DNA of 64,000 bases from Pedobacter sp. (GTDB lineage Bacteria; Desulfobacterota; Desulfuromonadia; Desulfuromonadales; Syntrophotaleaceae), in assembly GCA_050253415.1 (NCBI GenBank), contig JBFWJC010000001.1, forward strand, positions 576,001-640,000, in the 5' to 3' direction. The notes under the pieces were generated by a model. It did no database searches, had not been told where the DNA came from, and saw only the letters and a program-made list of their open reading frames with translations. The position numbers and the translations under genes are program-made. Below, one piece after another: positions 38,729 to 49,428 of this stretch. Numbering within the stretch: the first letter of the stretch is position 1; each line of letters begins with the position of its first letter.

Positions 38729-39805
38729 TTATTTGCGTACCTGGGGCAGAAGTTCTTCCAGCAACGCGAAGTATTCTTCCATGTCCGCCATAGTCATGTC
38801 GCCCATGTGCGGGATCCGGAATGTGTCGTTTTTGATTTTACCGTAGCCGCCGTCCATGGCATAGCCGCGTTCGCCGAGCAGCTCCTTGAGGCGAGCCACA
38901 TCGGTGCTGCCGTCATTGGTAACCGCAGTCAAAGTCTGGGAGCGGGCGCCTTCTGCGGCATACAGGCCGAAGCCCTGCTTGAGGGCCCAGGCGCGGGTGG
39001 CATCCGCCATTTGGGCATGACGGGCATAGCGGTTTTCCAGTCCTTCGGCGAACATTTTTTGCAGCTGATGGCGCAGAGCAAAAATCTGGCTGATGCAGGG
39101 GGTGCTGGGGGTATTGTTCTTCTCGTCGTTCTTTTCGAATTCCTCGAAGTCGAAGTAGTAGCCTCGGTTGGGAGTGGTGCGGGCCTTATCCAGGGCTTTG
39201 CGGCTGACGGAGAAAACCGCCAGTCCCGGGGGAATGGCAAAGGCTTTTTGTACGCCTGCCAAACAGACGTCGATGCCCAGGGCGGTGACGTCGAGGGGCA
39301 CGGCGGTCATGGAGGAAACGGTATCGACGATAAACGACACCTCGGGGTATTTTTTCATGACCGCGGCGATGTCCTCCAGGGGGGACATGACCCCGGTGGA
39401 GGTTTCGTTGTGTACGATGGTCATGGCGTCGTATTTACCGGAAGACAGAGCTTCATCGACCATTGCCGCTGTGATCGGCTGCCCCCATTCTGCGCTGAAC
39501 AGGTCGGCTTCGAGGCCGCAACGCAGGGTGACTTCATACCACTTTTTGCTGAAAGCACCGTTGGCGAAGCAGGCACAGCGCTTCTGTACCAGATTGCGGA
39601 CCGCACCTTCCATGACGCCGAAAGCACTGGACGTGGCAAGGAACACCGGGCCGGGCGCGTTCAGAAGTTTTTTAAGGCCGTCGGTGACTTCTTTGTGAAG
39701 CACGGCGTATTCCTTCATACGGTGGCCGATCATGGGGGTGGCCATGGCTTCCAGTACGTCGGCACTAACTTCTACGGGTCCGGGGATATAGAGTTTTTTG
39801 CTCAT
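38729..39805 (-). CDS. PLP-dependent class V aminotransferase (serine-glyoxylate/phosphoserine aminotransferase-like)
   Basis: IPGP, GHR, HNETSTGV, VDTVSS, GVQKAFAIPPG, TPSTP, FRIPHMG. Confidence 0.88.
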   Translation of the reverse strand: MSKKLYIPGPVEVSADVLEAMATPMIGHRMKEYAVLHKEVTDGLKKLLNAPGPVFLATSSAFGVMEGAVRNLVQKRCACFANGAFSKKWYEVTLRCGLEADLFSAEWGQPITAAMVDEALSSGKYDAMTIVHNETSTGVMSPLEDIAAVMKKYPEVSFIVDTVSSMTAVPLDVTALGIDVCLAGVQKAFAIPPGLAVFSVSRKALDKARTTPNRGYYFDFEEFEKNDEKNNTPSTPCISQIFALRHQLQKMFAEGLENRYARHAQMADATRAWALKQGFGLYAAEGARSQTLTAVTNDGSTDVARLKELLGERGYAMDGGYGKIKNDTFRIPHMGDMTMADMEEYFALLEELLPQVRK

Positions 39806-39828
39806 GGCTTGTTTACTCCTTCAGAAAA

Positions 39829-39870
39829 TAAAAAACGCCTGGCCCTTTTTGTATAAAAGGGGCCCAGGCG
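39829..39870 (-). terminator. Riboswitch expression-platform terminator
   Basis: CGCCTGGGCCCCTTTT...AAAAAGGGCCAGGCG then T6; the 5' arm overlaps the aptamer P3. Confidence 0.85.
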
Positions 39871-39943
39871 TACGGCTGTTAGGTCTATGTTATCCCGCTC
39901 CCCGGTGGTAATCCACCTCGAGACGCCAGTTACGGGAGACCTT
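39862..39943 (-). ncRNA. ZMP/ZTP riboswitch (pfl motif)
   Basis: Minus strand GGTCTCCCGTAACTGGCG..AGGTGGATTACCACCGGGGAGCGGGA..GACC..GCCGTACGCCTGGGC contains the hallmark ACUGGCG, GUGG..CCAC-GGGGAG and GCCG.CGCCUGGGC elements. Confidence 0.92.
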
Positions 39944-40089
39944 CAAATTGTCGGAACTCGCATCGAGTTTCAAATCAAGTAACATAGCTGATTCGCCAAA
40001 GTCAAGCCGGATTCTGCGACCTTGGGTATACGTTATGACTCCGGGGCAAGAGTTGCAATAAGCTCCTTATGGAATTTTAGCGAAATCCC

Positions 40090-40117
40090 TTGACATTCAA
40101 GATCAGCTGATTATATT
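40090..40117 (+). promoter_or_regulatory. Sigma70 promoter for groESL
   Basis: TTGACA-N16-TATATT immediately upstream of CIRCE. Confidence 0.6.
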
Positions 40118-40129
40118 TAGCCTTGTTTG

Positions 40130-40156
40130 TTAGCACTCTACTAAACCGAGTGCTAA
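40130..40156. promoter_or_regulatory. CIRCE element (HrcA operator)
   Basis: Perfect TTAGCACTC-N9-GAGTGCTAA. Confidence 0.97.
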
Positions 40157-40289
40157 CATGGCAACCGGATAGGGGCTTTGGTCCGAGCAGCGAACGGACT
40201 TGAGCTTTTTTTGTTTGCAAATTGAGACGGATGTTTTCGGGGTTTTTCCCGCAATCAATTTTTATGGTAGAACGAAAGGAGAATGCACA

Positions 40290-40577
40290 ATGAACATCAG
40301 ACCTTTGCGTGATCGTATCATCGTTGAACGGATTGAGGAAGAAAACACCACCGCTGGCGGTCTTATCATTCCCGACTCCGCTAAAGAGAAGCCCCAGCAG
40401 GGTATTGTCAAAGCTGCTGGCAAGGGCAAGGTGCTTGAAGACGGCACGGTGCTCCCCATGGATATCAAAGTGGGTGACCGCGTACTGTTCGGCAAATATG
40501 CCGGCAGCGAGGTGAAAATTGACGGCAAGGAATACCAGATCATGCGTGAAGACGACATCCTGGGTGTTCTTGAGTAA
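40290..40577 (+). CDS. groES: Co-chaperonin GroES
   Basis: [40 protein letters not shown]. Confidence 0.98.
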   Translation: MNIRPLRDRIIVERIEEENTTAGGLIIPDSAKEKPQQGIVKAAGKGKVLEDGTVLPMDIKVGDRVLFGKYAGSEVKIDGKEYQIMREDDILGVLE

Positions 40578-40616
40578 GTCGTTATTGTTTCAGTCAAACT
40601 ATCCAAAGGAGGATAA

Positions 40617-42275
<1,659 letters not shown>

Positions 42276-42302
42276 TAGCCCCACCCCTGTCAGCGTAATA
42301 TG

Positions 42303-42336
42303 AAAAAGCCCTCCGGATTATCCGGAGGGCTTTTTT
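42303..42336. terminator. Bidirectional intrinsic terminator
   Basis: AAAAAGCCCTCCGGA-TTA-TCCGGAGGGCTTTTTT. Confidence 0.85.
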
Positions 42337-42384
42337 ACGTTTGGAGGGATGATAACTTTTACTTGGTAAATTGTGCTTAAAACT

Positions 42385-43362
42385 TCAGACTACCTGCAGG
42401 AGCAGGCTGCGGTCCTGGCTGAGCGGCGCAACATCAAGAAAGGACTCCTTGTCTCCCTTTTGCAGGCGTACCTGGACCGAAGCTTCGTCGCGTCCTTTGC
42501 CATTGCCGGCGACAATCGCGGCGGCCAGAGCGAGGTCGGCCTGGCTGGGTTGGCCGCTTACCAGGCCAGTGGGGCCGCGAAAAATGGTAGCGTGCAGCAA
42601 AGTATATTCTGGTCGCATGGCTGCCTGCAGGGCCTCGTTGCCCTCCTGATTGCGGCCCAGGGTCAGTTTGGCCGCAGACGACAGTCGGTATTGGCGACCA
42701 AGGTTGAGGAGTTCAACGTCATGCACGGTGCAGTCAGGTTGATGTTCGAGCAGGTCGCGCAATTTACCGGTAAAGGATTTTTCAGTCAGCAGGCAGCCAC
42801 CCCCGGAGCCGGGGTATTCCTTCAGACCCCATTGGCGGGCATACTCCTCCTGGGGTTTGCGTGAACGGCCCTGGATGTCAAGCAACTGCTCACGATCGAC
42901 CAGCCCCTGTTCTTCCATGGGTGTTGCAGGCAGCAGTTTGGCACACAGTGGGCGCAGGATGATGTCAGCGCAACCGGCATGATTTGCCACGGTCTGAAGG
43001 GCATTGAAATTTTGACTCATGGGCCGTTGGCCCAGTACCTCGCCAGAAAAAAGAAAATCGAATTCTCCATTTTCGACGTGTTTGGCGGCCAGTCGAAACA
43101 TGAGGGCGTGGCAGTCGATGCAGGGATTGAGGTTTTTTCCATATCCATAGCGGGGGTTTTTCAAGACGTCGAGGTGGATTTCTCCAATTTCCTCAACAAT
43201 TAGCGGAATCCCGATCTGTTGAGCAGCCTGCCGTGCGCGTGCAGCACCGAAAAAGGGCGTCACAAATACGATGCCCGTAACATCCACACCCTGACGTTTA
43301 AGGGCAAGGGCAGCGAGGGTACTGTCGAGGCCTCCGGAAAGAAGGCCGAGTGCTTTGCTCAT
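42385..43362 (-). CDS. PP-loop tRNA sulfurtransferase-like protein (ThiI catalytic domain / MnmA-like, no THUMP)
   Basis: LLSGGLDS, NPCIDCH, GEVLGQRPMSQ, GGGCLLT, GRN. Confidence 0.8.
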   Translation of the reverse strand: MSKALGLLSGGLDSTLAALALKRQGVDVTGIVFVTPFFGAARARQAAQQIGIPLIVEEIGEIHLDVLKNPRYGYGKNLNPCIDCHALMFRLAAKHVENGEFDFLFSGEVLGQRPMSQNFNALQTVANHAGCADIILRPLCAKLLPATPMEEQGLVDREQLLDIQGRSRKPQEEYARQWGLKEYPGSGGGCLLTEKSFTGKLRDLLEHQPDCTVHDVELLNLGRQYRLSSAAKLTLGRNQEGNEALQAAMRPEYTLLHATIFRGPTGLVSGQPSQADLALAAAIVAGNGKGRDEASVQVRLQKGDKESFLDVAPLSQDRSLLLQVV

Positions 43363-43580
43363 AACGCGATAAACCTCCGAACTTTTTGCTTGCAGGAAGA
43401 AAGGGTGCATGGGTTGTTTGTCGCCAGGGAGAAAAACAAAGCCGTGTCCGCTTGGCATGCTCCGATGGTTCTGTCATACCCCTTGCTCTGCCGAGCTTTT
43501 TGGTGATATTGTTAGTCGATAGAGATAAAACGTGGTTTCATTTTGTATACATTATCTGTTTTGCCAGGGATACTGCTACT

Positions 43581-44582
43581 GTGAAAAAACGAAAAAGTAA
43601 ATTACAGGATAACTATGGGCGCACCATAGAATATCTGCGTCTGTCGGTAACCGACCGATGCAATTTGCGCTGCCGTTACTGTATGCCGGCCGAAGGGGTT
43701 GAAACTGTCGACCATGGCGATGTCCTCTCTTATGAGGAGATGCTACGAGTGGTTGCGGTGGCTGTCCGCTGCGGGGTAAAAAAAATCCGCATTACAGGCG
43801 GTGAGCCACTGGTGCGCAAGGGCATTGTCGGTTTTATACACGACATGTCTTCCCTTTCCAAAAAAGTTGAAATTACCCTTACCACCAACGGAATTCTTCT
43901 GGCGGACATGGCGGCCGATCTGCGTAAGGCCGGTTTGAGCCGTGTCAACGTCAGCCTGGATACCCTGCGTGAAGACCGCTTCCTGGAGATTACCCGCCGC
44001 TCCGGATTGCAAAAGGTTCTCGAAGGGTTGCACGCTGCCGAGGCGGTCGGCCTCACTCCCCTGAAAATCAACATGGTGCCGATCCGCGGTGTCAATGATG
44101 ATGAAATTGCCGATTTTGCCCGCCTGACCCTTGATGAGCCCTGGGCAATCCGTTTCATCGAATTCATGCCTGTCAGCGGTGGACTTGAGTATACGCCAGA
44201 AAATATGTTCCCGGCGGCTGACATTATTAAAGAGCTGGAAAAAGTCGGCAAACTGCTTCCTGAACTGCGACAGGGGCCGGTAGGGCCGGCGCGCATGTTC
44301 CATTATGCAGACAGTCCCGGCCATATCGGGGTTATCCCTGCCGTTTCCGAACATTTCTGCGGCGAGTGCAATCGCATGCGTATCACCGCCGATGGTCGTA
44401 TCCGTCCTTGCCTGTTTTCCACCGAGGAGATTGACCTGCGTACCGCCCTGCGTCGTCATGCTGACGATGCGGAACTTGAAGAGATCATGCGCAACGCAGC
44501 CTGCGCCAAACCGGAACGCCATCATATCGGCGAAAAAGACTTCCGCCAGGGCAAGCGCCGCATGCATGGCATAGGCGGCTGA
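43581..44582 (+). CDS. moaA: GTP 3',8-cyclase
   Basis: YLRLSVTDRCNLRCRYCMP, TGGEP, FCGECNR..PCL, C-terminal IGG. GTG start inferred. Confidence 0.95.
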   Translation: MKKRKSKLQDNYGRTIEYLRLSVTDRCNLRCRYCMPAEGVETVDHGDVLSYEEMLRVVAVAVRCGVKKIRITGGEPLVRKGIVGFIHDMSSLSKKVEITLTTNGILLADMAADLRKAGLSRVNVSLDTLREDRFLEITRRSGLQKVLEGLHAAEAVGLTPLKINMVPIRGVNDDEIADFARLTLDEPWAIRFIEFMPVSGGLEYTPENMFPAADIIKELEKVGKLLPELRQGPVGPARMFHYADSPGHIGVIPAVSEHFCGECNRMRITADGRIRPCLFSTEEIDLRTALRRHADDAELEEIMRNAACAKPERHHIGEKDFRQGKRRMHGIGG

Positions 44583-44606
44583 AGTCGTTCAATATCTTCG
44601 CGGTGA

Positions 44607-44939
44607 TCACTTTCTGCGGTTTCCGTCCGGGTGATGGCATCGCAAGCAATTGCCGGTGCTTCTGAAGGCGGTTTGCCCGTTGTGACACGCTCCACATTGA
44701 GAGCCGGCTTCAATTTTTTTCATGGTGATGGTTTCGGCGCCTTGCCGCATGACCGGGAAGATTCCGGGCTTGTGGCATTCGCTGCAACCTTGCCGGTGCG
44801 TCTTCCCTCGAAAGGTGACAGGTCCGTTTTGTCCGTCGGGCCAAGTCAGCGATCGATGGGCCGGCACGGCCAGTACCGAACCTGCCCATGCCACGCTCAT
44901 GAGTAACAGCCCCCAGCCAAACAACTTCCTCAAAGCCAA
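44607..44939 (-). CDS. Periplasmic triheme c7-type cytochrome c
   Basis: Signal peptide; three CxxCH (CSECH, CGACH, CLRCH); ITM..I..G..CGACHNG..AF pattern. TTG start with GGAGG RBS. Confidence 0.85.
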   Translation of the reverse strand: MALRKLFGWGLLLMSVAWAGSVLAVPAHRSLTWPDGQNGPVTFRGKTHRQGCSECHKPGIFPVMRQGAETITMKKIEAGSQCGACHNGQTAFRSTGNCLRCHHPDGNRRK

Positions 44940-44987
44940 AGTCCCCTCCAGTAACGGTCTTGAGCGCCGGAATTAACCACCAACTTC

Positions 44988-46259
44988 TCAGCTGTTTTGC
45001 ACCTTCTGCAGGTCGGCAGCTATCAGCTCCAAGACATGACATACCTGGTGAGGCAATCCGGCATGATTAATGGTGTCCTGCAGCTGCATGATGCAGCCGG
45101 GGCAGGCGGTGGCTACAACCTCGGCACCGCTGTCGCGAATACCTTCCGCTTTTATGTTCCCCAGTTGTTTGCTGATGTCGTAATGGTAGACGGAAAAAGT
45201 GCCACCGAGTCCGCAGCAGGCTCCTGCATGTTTCATATCAACCAGGCGCACTGACGGCAAAGCCGATAACAGTTTGCGAGGGGCTTCCTTTAGCCCGTCT
45301 TTGCGCAGATGGCAAGGGATATGATAGGTCACTGGCCGCGGGTTATCCTGGCGGGGCAGTTCCCTCAGCTTTTCCTCGAGACCCTGCTGGTACAGAAACT
45401 CGTGGATATCCAGAACTTTTCCAGCCAATTGGGCATGGTCCGGTCCGAGCTCACGGAAGTGCTTGGTCAGCCCGCTGTGACAAGAGGCGCACGCGGTGAC
45501 GATAAAATCAGCCTTGTGAGCTGTGAGTGCCTCAAGATTGCGATCCGCCAGGCGGGCTGCACCTGGACCGTCGCCGGCGCATAAAGCCGGCAGCCCGCAA
45601 CAGCCCTGATCTTTGGGTATGAGGATGTTCATGCCCAGTCCTTTAAGGGAAGTCAGGACGCTTTCGCCGATCTCGGGCATCATGTAATTAATCATGCAGC
45701 CGGTAAAGAAGGTGACCAGTGGCTTGTCGGCCTCCCCCGCGATGAATTCGGGGTGCCGCTGCCGGAAAGCCTGAGGTGCGATAGGCGGAATGGTGCGGTC
45801 GCGGCTGATATAGGGTGAAGGGAAACGCAAGCGTAACCCGCTGCCCTTTGGGACCTTGCGGAACACCAGCCAGGAGAACGCACGGCCGAGTCGGGTCAGC
45901 AGGGACATCAGTCGCGGGTGTTGCAGCACCGTGGATACTCCGCGGCCGAACAGGGTGAGTCCCTTTTCCTTCGCAATGCGTCGCCGCAGGGCCAGGATGA
46001 TTTCGTCCGTGGGGACCTGGTTGGGACAATTCTTGACACAGCGGCCGCAAGCCAGGCATTGGGAAATGTCGCTGATGATGCGCTGGTCGAGGTCGATTTT
46101 GTTGTCCAGTAAGGCCTCGGCAAGGGAAATTTTGCCGCGTGCAACAACTGATTCCGATTGTACCTGTTTGAAAACCGGGCAGTGTGCCCGGCACGTTCCA
46201 CATTTAACGCATTCCCGGAGCTGCTGACGGTAGTCTTCTATTTCCTGATGTTTACTCAT
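44988..46259 (-). CDS. glcF: Fe-S subunit of glycolate/D-lactate dehydrogenase (GlcF-like, CCG domains)
   Basis: CVKCGTCRAHCP, CLACGRCVKNCP, two CCG motifs, TACPGC. Confidence 0.85.
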   Translation of the reverse strand: MSKHQEIEDYRQQLRECVKCGTCRAHCPVFKQVQSESVVARGKISLAEALLDNKIDLDQRIISDISQCLACGRCVKNCPNQVPTDEIILALRRRIAKEKGLTLFGRGVSTVLQHPRLMSLLTRLGRAFSWLVFRKVPKGSGLRLRFPSPYISRDRTIPPIAPQAFRQRHPEFIAGEADKPLVTFFTGCMINYMMPEIGESVLTSLKGLGMNILIPKDQGCCGLPALCAGDGPGAARLADRNLEALTAHKADFIVTACASCHSGLTKHFRELGPDHAQLAGKVLDIHEFLYQQGLEEKLRELPRQDNPRPVTYHIPCHLRKDGLKEAPRKLLSALPSVRLVDMKHAGACCGLGGTFSVYHYDISKQLGNIKAEGIRDSGAEVVATACPGCIMQLQDTINHAGLPHQVCHVLELIAADLQKVQNS

Positions 46260-46416
46260 TTGCTATCCACTGATGCGGCAAGGCCGCTTGATGTTGATGA
46301 CAATTCTTTTGCCGGATGTATTCCGGCGGGTTTCATCCTGCTGCAGGTTATCACAGGAGGCTGGCGGACTATCCATGAGCCGGCTGCAAATTCGCCCCGT
46401 ATAGTCCGGCAGACTC

Positions 46417-47799
46417 CTAGTCTTCCAGGAAGATCTTACCCGGATTGAGGATGTTGTTCGGATCGAGGGCGCGTTTGATGGTTTTCATATAAGCCACCGT
46501 GGCGACATCGAGTTCCATAGGGATGTAGGGCGCCTTGCTGGTGCCGACGCCGTGTTCGCCGCTCATGGTTCCGCCCAGTTCCAGGGTTTTGGCGAAAATA
46601 TCGCGGATCGCCGTTTCGGCTTTTTCCTCGTGTCCTTCGATGGAGCGGTTGACCATGATGTTGACGTGGATGTTGCCGTCTCCAGCGTGGCCAAAATTGA
46701 CGATGGGGATTTCAAGGCGATTTGAAATGGCCTCGATGGCCCGGATCATTTCCGGAAGCTTGCTACGTGGTACGCAGATATCCTCGTTGTATTTGTCGGG
46801 GTTGACCTTGCGCAGACTCGGTGAAACGCTGCGGCGTACCTTCCAGATTTTTTCGCTTTCCTCGTCAGTGGTGGCAATCTGGGTATGCACAATGCCCAGC
46901 GGCGAAGCGATCTCGAGGATGCGTGCGGCTTGTCGTTCCAGCAGCTCGCGTTCTCCGTCGACTTCGATAATAAGCACGGCGCGGGCATTTTCAGGGATAT
47001 CGAGCCCCGCATTTTCGCGCACGCAGGACAGAGCCGTGGCGTCCATGAATTCAAGGGTGGTGGGGATGATTTTGCCACGAATAATGCTGGAAACGGCCTG
47101 AGCGGCACCATCAATAGACTCGAACATTACCAGCATGGTTTTTTTTGCTTCCGGCTTGGGCAGCAGCTTGAGAATAATTCTGGTAATGACGCCCAGAGTC
47201 CCTTCACAGCCGACCATCAGCTTGGTCAGGTCGTAGCCGACCACCCCTTTCATGGTTTCGCCGCCGGTACGGATGATGTCGCCCAGAGGGGTAACGACCT
47301 CCATGCCGAGGACGTAATCCTTGGTAACGCCATATTTGACGCAGCGTGGTCCGCCGGCACATTCGGCGACATTGCCACCCAGGGTGCTGAACTTGAGGGA
47401 AGCCGGGTCGGGCGGGTAGAATAAGCCCACTTCTTCAACGGCTTTTTGCAGGGTAGCAGTGACGACGCCGGGCTCCACCTCGGCAATCAGGTTGTCCTGG
47501 TCGATGCGCAGGATGCGGTTCAGGCGGGTAAGTACCAGTGCGATACCTCCCTTTACCGGTACACTGCCGCCGGTAAAGCCGCTGCCTGCGCCTCGCGGGT
47601 ACACGGGTATTTTTTCGGAATTGGCCATTTTGAGGATCAGGCTGATTTGCATCGCATCGGCCGGTCTGACGATCACATCGGGATAAAACTGCTGCTGGGT
47701 GGCATCGTAAGAATAGCAGATGCGGTCGGCCTGTTCGGTCGAGACGTATTCTTTGCCGACAATATCCTGCAAAATGTTGATAAGGCGTTTTTCCAACAT
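46417..47799 (-). CDS. glcD: FAD-linked oxidase, glycolate/D-lactate dehydrogenase subunit
   Basis: PRGAGSG..GG, YPPDPAS, GGNVAE.AGG, GHAGDGNIH, SGEHGVG, LNPGK. Confidence 0.88.
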   Translation of the reverse strand: MLEKRLINILQDIVGKEYVSTEQADRICYSYDATQQQFYPDVIVRPADAMQISLILKMANSEKIPVYPRGAGSGFTGGSVPVKGGIALVLTRLNRILRIDQDNLIAEVEPGVVTATLQKAVEEVGLFYPPDPASLKFSTLGGNVAECAGGPRCVKYGVTKDYVLGMEVVTPLGDIIRTGGETMKGVVGYDLTKLMVGCEGTLGVITRIILKLLPKPEAKKTMLVMFESIDGAAQAVSSIIRGKIIPTTLEFMDATALSCVRENAGLDIPENARAVLIIEVDGERELLERQAARILEIASPLGIVHTQIATTDEESEKIWKVRRSVSPSLRKVNPDKYNEDICVPRSKLPEMIRAIEAISNRLEIPIVNFGHAGDGNIHVNIMVNRSIEGHEEKAETAIRDIFAKTLELGGTMSGEHGVGTSKAPYIPMELDVATVAYMKTIKRALDPNNILNPGKIFLED

Positions 47800-48017
47800 G
47801 GGTCGCAACGGGTCCTTCGCTGGTAAGTTTCTATCTGGAAAGGATGTTTATCCAGCTTGAAACTGAGTTAGAGATAAAAAGGCTCGGTGTTGTTGAGGGC
47901 CTCCTGCGTGCTTAAAAGGAGCAATATAGCAGATAATCGGGAATTCAGTCCAGCCGCGGGTTTTTTGTTGTTACTAATCGTAGACGGCAATGAGGTTGAA
48001 AGAGGTTCAGGGTGTCA

Positions 48018-48046
48018 TTGACACCCGATGGTAAAGGCCATAGAAT
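48018..48046 (+). promoter_or_regulatory. Sigma70 promoter for the radA operon
   Basis: TTGACA-N17-TAGAAT. Confidence 0.7.
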
Positions 48047-48072
48047 GGCGCCCTTATCGAGGAGAACAACGT

Positions 48073-49428
48073 TTGAAGATAAAGACTTGTTACATCTGCC
48101 AACAGTGCGGCTACCAGAGTCCCAAATGGCTTGGACGTTGCCCGGATTGCGGCGAGTGGGATGTCATGGTTGAGGAACGCCGCGAGCCGACTTCTGCGTC
48201 GCGTCGCGGGGGCGGTTGTGCGGCCACCGTGGTGCAGCGTCTCTCCGAAGTGGCAACCACTGCCGAACAGCGTTGTCCCAGTGGGCTGTCGGAGTTGGAT
48301 CGGGTGCTTGGAGGCGGTGTGGTGCCGGGCTCACTGATTCTAATCGGTGGCGCTCCCGGTATCGGTAAATCCACTTTGTTGTTGCAGGCTGTCGACCGTC
48401 TGGCAAACTCCGGTCCGGTGCTGTACGTCACCGCCGAGGAATCGATGCGTCAGGTTAAAATGCGCGGCGAGCGGCTCAGCGTGAGCGCCAACGATCTTTT
48501 TCTCCTCCCCGAAACGTCCCTCGAGGTCATTCTGGAACGGGTGCGTGAGTTCAGACCTCGATTTCTGGTGGTTGATTCGATTCAGACCATTTTTACCGCC
48601 GACCTGGAATCGGCCCCCGGCAGTGTCAGCCAGGTTCGCGAGTGTGCCGGTCGTTTGATGCACTTGGCCAAAGGAGAGGGTGTGTCGACCTTTATTACCG
48701 GCCATGTCACCAAGGATGGCGCCATTGCAGGACCGCGCATGCTTGAGCATATGGTTGACACGGTGCTTTATTTTGAAGGCGATGCCGGGCATCCGTACCG
48801 GATTCTGCGGGCGGTGAAGAATCGTTTCGGTTCGACCAACGAAATCGGTGTGTTCGAGATGAAAGAGGGCGGTTTGGCCGAAGTGCTCAATCCTTCCGAG
48901 TTGTTTCTTGCCGAGCGTCCCGAGGGAGCGGCTGGCAGTGTGGTGGTGCCGACCCTGGAGGGGACGCGTCCGATTCTGGTTGAATTGCAGGCCCTGGTTT
49001 CGGTCAGCAATTTTGGCCAGCCACGCCGCACCGCCATAGGTATCGACCCCAATCGGGTGGCGCTGTTGGTCGCGGTATTGGAGAAAAAGGTGGGCATGTC
49101 GCTGCTCAGCCAGGATATTTTTTTCAATGTAGCTGGCGGCGTGCGGCTTTCCGAACCGGGAGCCGACCTTGGGGTTATCGCGGCGCTTGCCTCCAGCCAT
49201 CTGAATCGCCCGGTACCGCCAAAGCTTATGCTGTTCGGTGAGGTCGGTCTGGCTGGAGAAGTGCGCGCGGTATCGCGTCCGGAATTGCGGGTGCGCGAAG
49301 CGGCCCGGCTCGGTTTTGATCGCTGCTATCTGCCGGCCAGTTGCCTCAAGACTGTTGAAGCCCCGCCGGGTATGGAATTGCGCGGGGTACGTAATGTCGA
49401 AGAAGCGCTGAACGAGGTGTTCACATGA
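48073..49428 (+). CDS. radA: DNA repair protein RadA/Sms
   Basis: CQQCG..W.GRCPDC, GAPGIGKST, VDSIQT, KNRFG, Lon-like C-terminus. TTG start with GAGGAG RBS. Confidence 0.95.
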   Translation: MKIKTCYICQQCGYQSPKWLGRCPDCGEWDVMVEERREPTSASRRGGGCAATVVQRLSEVATTAEQRCPSGLSELDRVLGGGVVPGSLILIGGAPGIGKSTLLLQAVDRLANSGPVLYVTAEESMRQVKMRGERLSVSANDLFLLPETSLEVILERVREFRPRFLVVDSIQTIFTADLESAPGSVSQVRECAGRLMHLAKGEGVSTFITGHVTKDGAIAGPRMLEHMVDTVLYFEGDAGHPYRILRAVKNRFGSTNEIGVFEMKEGGLAEVLNPSELFLAERPEGAAGSVVVPTLEGTRPILVELQALVSVSNFGQPRRTAIGIDPNRVALLVAVLEKKVGMSLLSQDIFFNVAGGVRLSEPGADLGVIAALASSHLNRPVPPKLMLFGEVGLAGEVRAVSRPELRVREAARLGFDRCYLPASCLKTVEAPPGMELRGVRNVEEALNEVFT

